Source: Octopus vulgaris (taxonomy: Eukaryota). From it: a DNA stretch of 64,000 bases. The notes under the pieces are model-generated. The model was not told where the DNA came from, did no database searches, and was given only the letters and a program-made list of their open reading frames with translations. The stretch spans positions 108,934,001-108,998,000 of the forward strand of contig OX597820.1 of the NCBI GenBank assembly GCA_951406725.2, given 5' to 3'. Of the stretch, positions 58,160 through 64,000 are shown in pieces (the stretch's first letter is position 1; the number at the start of each line of letters is the position of its first letter). A program made the translations under genes and the position numbers.

Positions 58160-59380
58160 AAATGGAGAAAATCACAGCTTTAATTGGTGATTCCACCATA
58201 CAATTCTAACAGTTGTTTCTGCCGTATCAAAATATTTAGATACAGAAAATATTAGTCAAATTAAATTACATCCGAACATTTGATTACATGTTTACATGTA
58301 ATCAAAGCAATCCAAAATTGGTTAAATTCAAAGTGAACTAAGAAAATACCTCAAGTGGATGAATGCATATAAAAAGAACGTTAAGAAATATAATATTCTA
58401 AGAAAAGCTAGTTTAGAATTCAACTTCTGGTGACAAAAAAGGATAACAAAAGAATACAAAATAAATATATGAATTCAACATTGTGACAGTTAAAAAGAGA
58501 GAGATTCTGCGTCACAAAAATTAGTTATTTATTTATTAAATTTGATAAACATTTTTAGAAAAATAATACTTACTTTATTTTAGGAAAAGCAATTGTAATC
58601 AAGAATTGAAATATTTAAATATCATCATAACTTAATAATTTAGAAGTAATTATATAATACATTTCTTCAAGGCAAAGATTACATTTAAAATTACCAGTAT
58701 TGTACAATGGTAAATAACTAATAATAGATCACTTTATATCGTGTTCTTTTTTAAATCCCAAATGCATTTACTAAGATTTGTAGAATTACCTTTCCTTCTA
58801 TACTTAAATGAATGAAAATGAGTATGAAATCTGGATTTCCAAGTTGTAGCAGAGGAACCTATGTAATAATACTTATGGTCACCTATTATTACTTTACACT
58901 GATACATTGATACACTATTTTTCTTTGAACAGTGATTTTCTAAAGGACAGATTTTGCTTTTACTATCACACAAGCATTTATTCACTTGTATTTGGTACTC
59001 GTGGTTAAAAGAATTATTACTAGTCCTCCTCTCGGAATTAGGTCTTAGGATAGGATTATTATAAGTTTTATAATTAATATTAAAACTAGGTGCTAACTGT
59101 ATTATGAGAGTCAGAATTACTTTTACTTAAAGTATCAAAATCTAGTTCAGGAAAATTATCATTAGAATTAATTTCACAAGTCACGCTATCAATTTTATTC
59201 TTGTTTATAGATTTTGAGTTGAGAGACTCCCTAATTCAAATAACAAATGGAGAAATAGGGAGAACTTTCAGATATAATAACTAATATTTTCTGTATCTAA
59301 ATATGTTGATACAACAGAAATGATTGTTGGTATTGTATGGTGGAATCACCAATTAAAGATATGATTTTCTTCATTCAGAT
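58160..59380 (-). mobile_element. Penelope-like GIY-YIG fragment flanked by ~100 bp inverted repeats
   Basis: ORF 58734..58985 (CPL...C...YQC...YIG...WKSRF..H..SF...LSK.IW.LK); inverted repeat 58160-58257 / 59280-59377. Confidence 0.8.
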
Positions 59381-59802
59381 TTTTTTTATTGCCTTATAAT
59401 CTGAATTTCTTCAAATTCTTCTAAACAATATTTGGATCTATTTGTCAAACATGAGGAATTACCTAGGATATTTATTCTACTTGCATTTATTGGTGTATGA
59501 TCATTTCATATAGTTAACCAAATACATTTAACACTGAGTACTTTCTTTTTCTTCTTATATATATTGTTGCTATTATGGAAGAGTGTTCTAAGTCTGCTTT
59601 TTCAGAAAGTGAAAAAATAGTTTCACCATTCCATAGCAAAACGGCTGTACTACTTGACAATTTTTGATATCTCAAGCATCTGAAGTAGCTGGAAATACAA
59701 TAGTTTGACCAAAGGAACCAACTATTGCAAGCAAAAATAAATGTTGGAAAAAAAAAAATGCATTTGGCCAAATTTGGACATAGGACAGTTTAACGTAATA
59801 GC

Positions 59803-59844
<42 letters not shown>

Positions 59845-60847
59845 GTAGTACAAGGTCCCTGATATGGGACTGAGTTTCTCACTTAAAAGCGACTTCCAAA
59901 CTGTTCTGTTATTTTGTTATCAGTTCTTTTAATATAGTTTTAGATGCTGTCTGGGCATTGGACCGGGGGTTAAAAAACAAAATATGGATGCACACACACA
60001 CTTTCCCCACTTACATACACGTATAGAATATTGAATACATGTGAAGACAAGTCAAAATAAAAATATATAAATAGAACATATCCAAAAAAGCAAAGAGAAA
60101 TACAGATTGTTTATTGTTTCATGAATAGAATAAAAGAGTGTATTTGGGCATGTTTTTATGATTATCAGCAGAAGGTGGATTCAGGGCCAGGTCACAGTGA
60201 CATCTATATTCCGCGTTAGTAAAAACACACATATATCAAGCATTGTTGAGAGAAGTCAAAATAAAAATAAGTAATTACACAAAAAATAGATATAGAGATT
60301 TCAAGAGGCAAACTTTGCATTTTAGATAATAGTATTAACCAAATATAATAATAATTCTGCTGTAGGCACAAAGCCTGCAGTTTTGGGGGAGATGTCTAGT
60401 TGATTGCATTAACTTCAGTGCTCAGTTGGTATCAACCCAAAAAGTATGAAAATCGAAGTTGACACAGACACATAAAAACCCATCCAATATATACTCTATG
60501 ATTGTTCTATTCAGAAACTATGATAGTCTAAAATGCAAAATTCATTTCATGACACAGTAAACAATTTCTATCTTTAACTTTCTTTCTTTTTAAATATTTG
60601 TTTACTTATTTTTAGTTTGACCTATCATAACTTGCATTCAATGCTTTATATGTATATTTATATATGTTAACCTTCAGATAGAGATTCAAAAGTAATATTT
60701 TTTAATCTTTGTCTGAAAAACTACACAAAGAGATTCTATATATGTTTTCCCTACATGTCTATCTTTCTAATTCCTATCCTGTAACATGGAATTAAAAGTA
60801 TATCAAATTTTGCCAGTCTTCTGTTTTGATAATATAATGAAACTTAC

Positions 60848-60901
60848 CTTTAGATGTTCTTTTCTTTTTAGTCTTACTGGATGTTTCTATAGAGACATTT
60901 T
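60848..60901 (-). CDS. RRM protein, exon B: (E)NVSIETSSKTKKKRTSK
   Basis: ttcatttAG acceptor, AAG|GTAAGT donor; 54 bp, phase 1 to 1. Confidence 0.8.
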
Positions 60902-62156
60902 CTAAATGAACAATAGAGAGCAAATTAAAATAAATTTCAAATTCACATTGTTCAAAAATAACAATAATTAATAAAAAGTAGATTCTGAAAGTGAAGATAA
61001 GACTGTGATTGGAAGAGGAATTTTTAGTTAAGAAATGTCTTTAGCTGATAGTGAAAGATAATTTATGGCAAGAGAAAACTTTAGCTCTCAAGATCTTAGT
61101 CACAAGAGAACACATGACTAAGACAAGGGCAATGTTCTGTGCAGCAATTTTAATGATGAAACACCAAAATGATCATTTATTCATCACCTTCAATTTACAA
61201 AATTTACTGGAATTTAGTAATCACTGGTAACCTGAAATGGACAAACATCAAACCACAGAATAATGTTTGTATATATTTAGCTGCAAAGACAGTCTCTTAC
61301 ATCAGGTCTGTCTACATCATTATCTTTCATCATCATTTGATGCCCATTCTCTATTGCTGGCATGGATGGTTTGACAAGAGCTGGCAAGATGGAGAAGTAA
61401 GTCAAGCTTCACTGTGTGTTTTGGCATGGCTTCTATAGCTGGATGCCCTTTGTAGTGACAACCACTTAACAGAATATACTGGGGGCTTTTTTGCAGCACC
61501 AGCACTGGTGAGATCACCAACTGACATGCAAAACAAAGTTTCCTTAACTAAGGGAGTAGTATTGAAGGAGGCAATTTATGTAGCAGTGGATGAGAAGTTA
61601 AAATATAGAGGAATAGAAATAGGTGTCTTTTAGAAGAGATACAAAGACACCCCAGTTGGAGAAGAAAGGAAAAGGGGACAAAAAGAAAATTAGAGATGGA
61701 GAAAAAGAGAGAGAGATGGTGGTGGATATGTTAGAACATAACCTCAAGGTACAGTGGAGTAGTGAATATAGGTGAAGTGATATAAAGCATTAGACAGAGA
61801 GAGAAATTTCATAATGTGAGATGGTTAGACAGGATAGAGGTAACTAGAAATTGAAGGTAAGAGATGAAGTGACAAGTGTTTGAGAATGAGATGTGTAGGG
61901 AGCTTGACGGGCCAGTGAGAACGGAGGCAAGCATTGCACATTCAAGCATTTACTGATGTGGTTTTAGGACATCAATTCTGTTGTGATGCATGAGTTTTCT
62001 CAGGCGCAGTAAGGTGCCAGATATTTCAGTCATTTGTCTAAGTTGGCAACTATGTAACACTAGATATCAGAAATTTTAGACACCTCACCTAATACGTAGA
62101 TCTTACAAGTTTTCATTGTAAACATTATGTAGACGGTTACTGCAATGTAAACATAC

Positions 62157-62273
62157 CATCAGCATCTTGAGCAATCAATTTCCTCTTCAAACTTTTGTTT
62201 TCTTTTGAATCTTCTTTTCCTTCTTTCTTTGTTTTTGATGGTTTGTTCATGTCTTGAGCAGGATATTCTGTCT
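62157..62273 (-). CDS. RRM protein, exon A (gene continues upstream): TEYPAQDMNKPSKTKKEGKEDSKENKSLKRKLIAQDAD
   Basis: ctttcatatAG acceptor, G|GTATGT donor; 117 bp, phase 1 to 1; Lys/Glu-rich open frame. Confidence 0.8.
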
Positions 62274-63371
62274 CTATATGAAAGAATGTATCAGTGAGAA
62301 AATACCATTATACTTCATTAATATTATTTTTAAATAGTTTTGGTGAAGGCGAATAATTTTTCTCTTCTTTTCATTTAGTGCCTAATTATTGACAAATGTT
62401 GTTGAGACCTAACAATCTTGGTTTTCAATGCCCTGGGGAAAACGAATAACTTTCACCTTTCACTGGATATCAGGTTATTTATTGCATATCTTCAGGTATA
62501 ATTGTGTCGTTAAGAAGTCCACTTCTCAACCACATGATTAAGGATTCTGTCCCACTGTATGACATCTTGGGCAAATACCTTCTACAAAAGCCCCAGAAAG
62601 ATTAAAACCTTGAGTGGATTTGTAGATTTGATAGTCAGAAACTGAAAGAAGTCACTGAAATTCTCTGAAATTCATGAGCTACAAACAAGTTTATTGCCAT
62701 TTCTACTGTTAACAAACTAATTGTTGGTTTTGTACTTTCAAAACTGAGTGAAATAAAAGATCCTTGAACTGAAAAACAGGTAAGTGACAAGGGCATCCAA
62801 ATTTTCTCATATATCAGAAATAGAACCTTCCATCAAGACTACTTTCGCAAGTCAAACTTTCTAAAAGTTTAGCTCCCACCACCCTTAGCAAAGAAAAAAA
62901 AAAAAAAATCTATGCAAAATTTTAGCTGAAACAAACAACAGCAAGGTGACCCTTATCGACCGTGAAATTTTGAAGTTTTTGCCCAGAAAGTCATTTTTTC
63001 AGAAAAAAACTTTTTATCTCATATAATTTTCTCTTAAATTAAAAACTTATTCAGAGTTATTCTTGGTAATAGAAGGATAAGTGACAATAAATATAATGGG
63101 GAAGGAAACTTGCAAAGTGGGGACAGAGCGCAGGTATAGGGCAAACACTTGTTTTTAACGTCCATTATCCATGCTGGCATGGTTTGGACAGTTTGATTGG
63201 GCTGGCACACTGGAAGGCTGCGCCAGGCTCCAACCTGATTTAGCATTGTTTTTTATGGCTGGATGCCCTTTTTAATGCCAACCACTCTGTAGAGAAATAA
63301 AATATTAAGAAATATGTCAGTGATAAACAGTGAACTAATATGACTTGTCTACATTTGTAAATATAAGTTAA

Positions 63372-63700
63372 CTAGTATTATAACTCGGTTTTATTCGGGG
63401 CTCCATTTTAAAGCACTTTTAAGATAAGTGTGCAAATTTTCAGGTCAATCCAACCATTTACTAACACTTTTGCCTGCATAACTGCTTGTGAGACAACGTC
63501 TGCTCTTTTCATAAATATTTTGTAGATTTATTTGTAATAGCTTGTAAGCACTCGTTCGTTTTGTTGTGGGGCATTGTAATATAGATCTTCCTCTGTTGTG
63601 TTGGTAGCCCTGACAAGAGTTGTAATACCATATTTATAACCTCCCCTATTTTATAAGGTTATGCACTTTGTATACTTATTTTGTGAACAAATACAATGCC
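63372..63700 (-). mobile_element. Helitron-like 3' end fragment
   Basis: CTAG with nearby hairpin ctcggttttattcgggg, as in the other Helitron ends; the extent is uncertain. Confidence 0.45.
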
Positions 63701-63701
63701 T

Positions 63702-64000
63702 TTTTACTCTTTTACTTGTTTAAGTCATTTTGACTGCGACCATGCTGGAGCACCGCCTTCAGTCGAGCAAATCAACCCCAGGACTTATTCTTTGTAAGCC
63801 TAGTACTTATTCTGTTGGTTTCTTTTGCTGAACTGCTAAGTTACAGGGACATAAACACACCAGCATCAGTTGTCAAGCGATGTTGAGGGGACACAAACAC
63901 GTGCATATATATATACACACACACACATACAATGGGCGTCTTTCAGTTTCCGTCTACCAAATCCACTCACAAGGCTTTGGTCGGCCCGAGGCTATAGTAG
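63702..64000 (-). mobile_element. tRNA-derived SINE, cut by the window edge
   Basis: Aligns with 38960-39270. Confidence 0.88.

Overview
AT-rich, repeat-saturated animal (metazoan) genomic DNA. The SINE, RTE and MITE families resemble those I recall from Octopus assemblies (inference). Two signals dominate. (1) A giant inverted repeat: 604-12776 is the reverse complement of 19521-32077, hinged on a ~6.5 kb (TA)n/(CA)n array, and it starts exactly at a 100-N scaffold gap. Several internal clues point to a long-read fold-back/consensus artefact rather than a true palindrome, but reads are needed to decide. (2) An intron-rich minus-strand host gene that the ORF track almost entirely misses: 7 phase-compatible GT-AG exons between 62273 and 22421, encoding a Lys-rich, two-RRM, nucleolin-like protein fragment (~245 codons). 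The rest is nested mobile-element debris: RTE LINEs with a PHD-like finger inside the RT, a CR1/Jockey-group LINE, Penelope-like elements (one with a hammerhead-like motif), a Gypsy LTR element, piggyBac elements and a MITE, mariner, Tigger/pogo, non-autonomous Helitrons and tRNA-derived SINEs. No prokaryotic-type system, CRISPR array or RNA gene is supported. Identities quoted are by-eye estimates.
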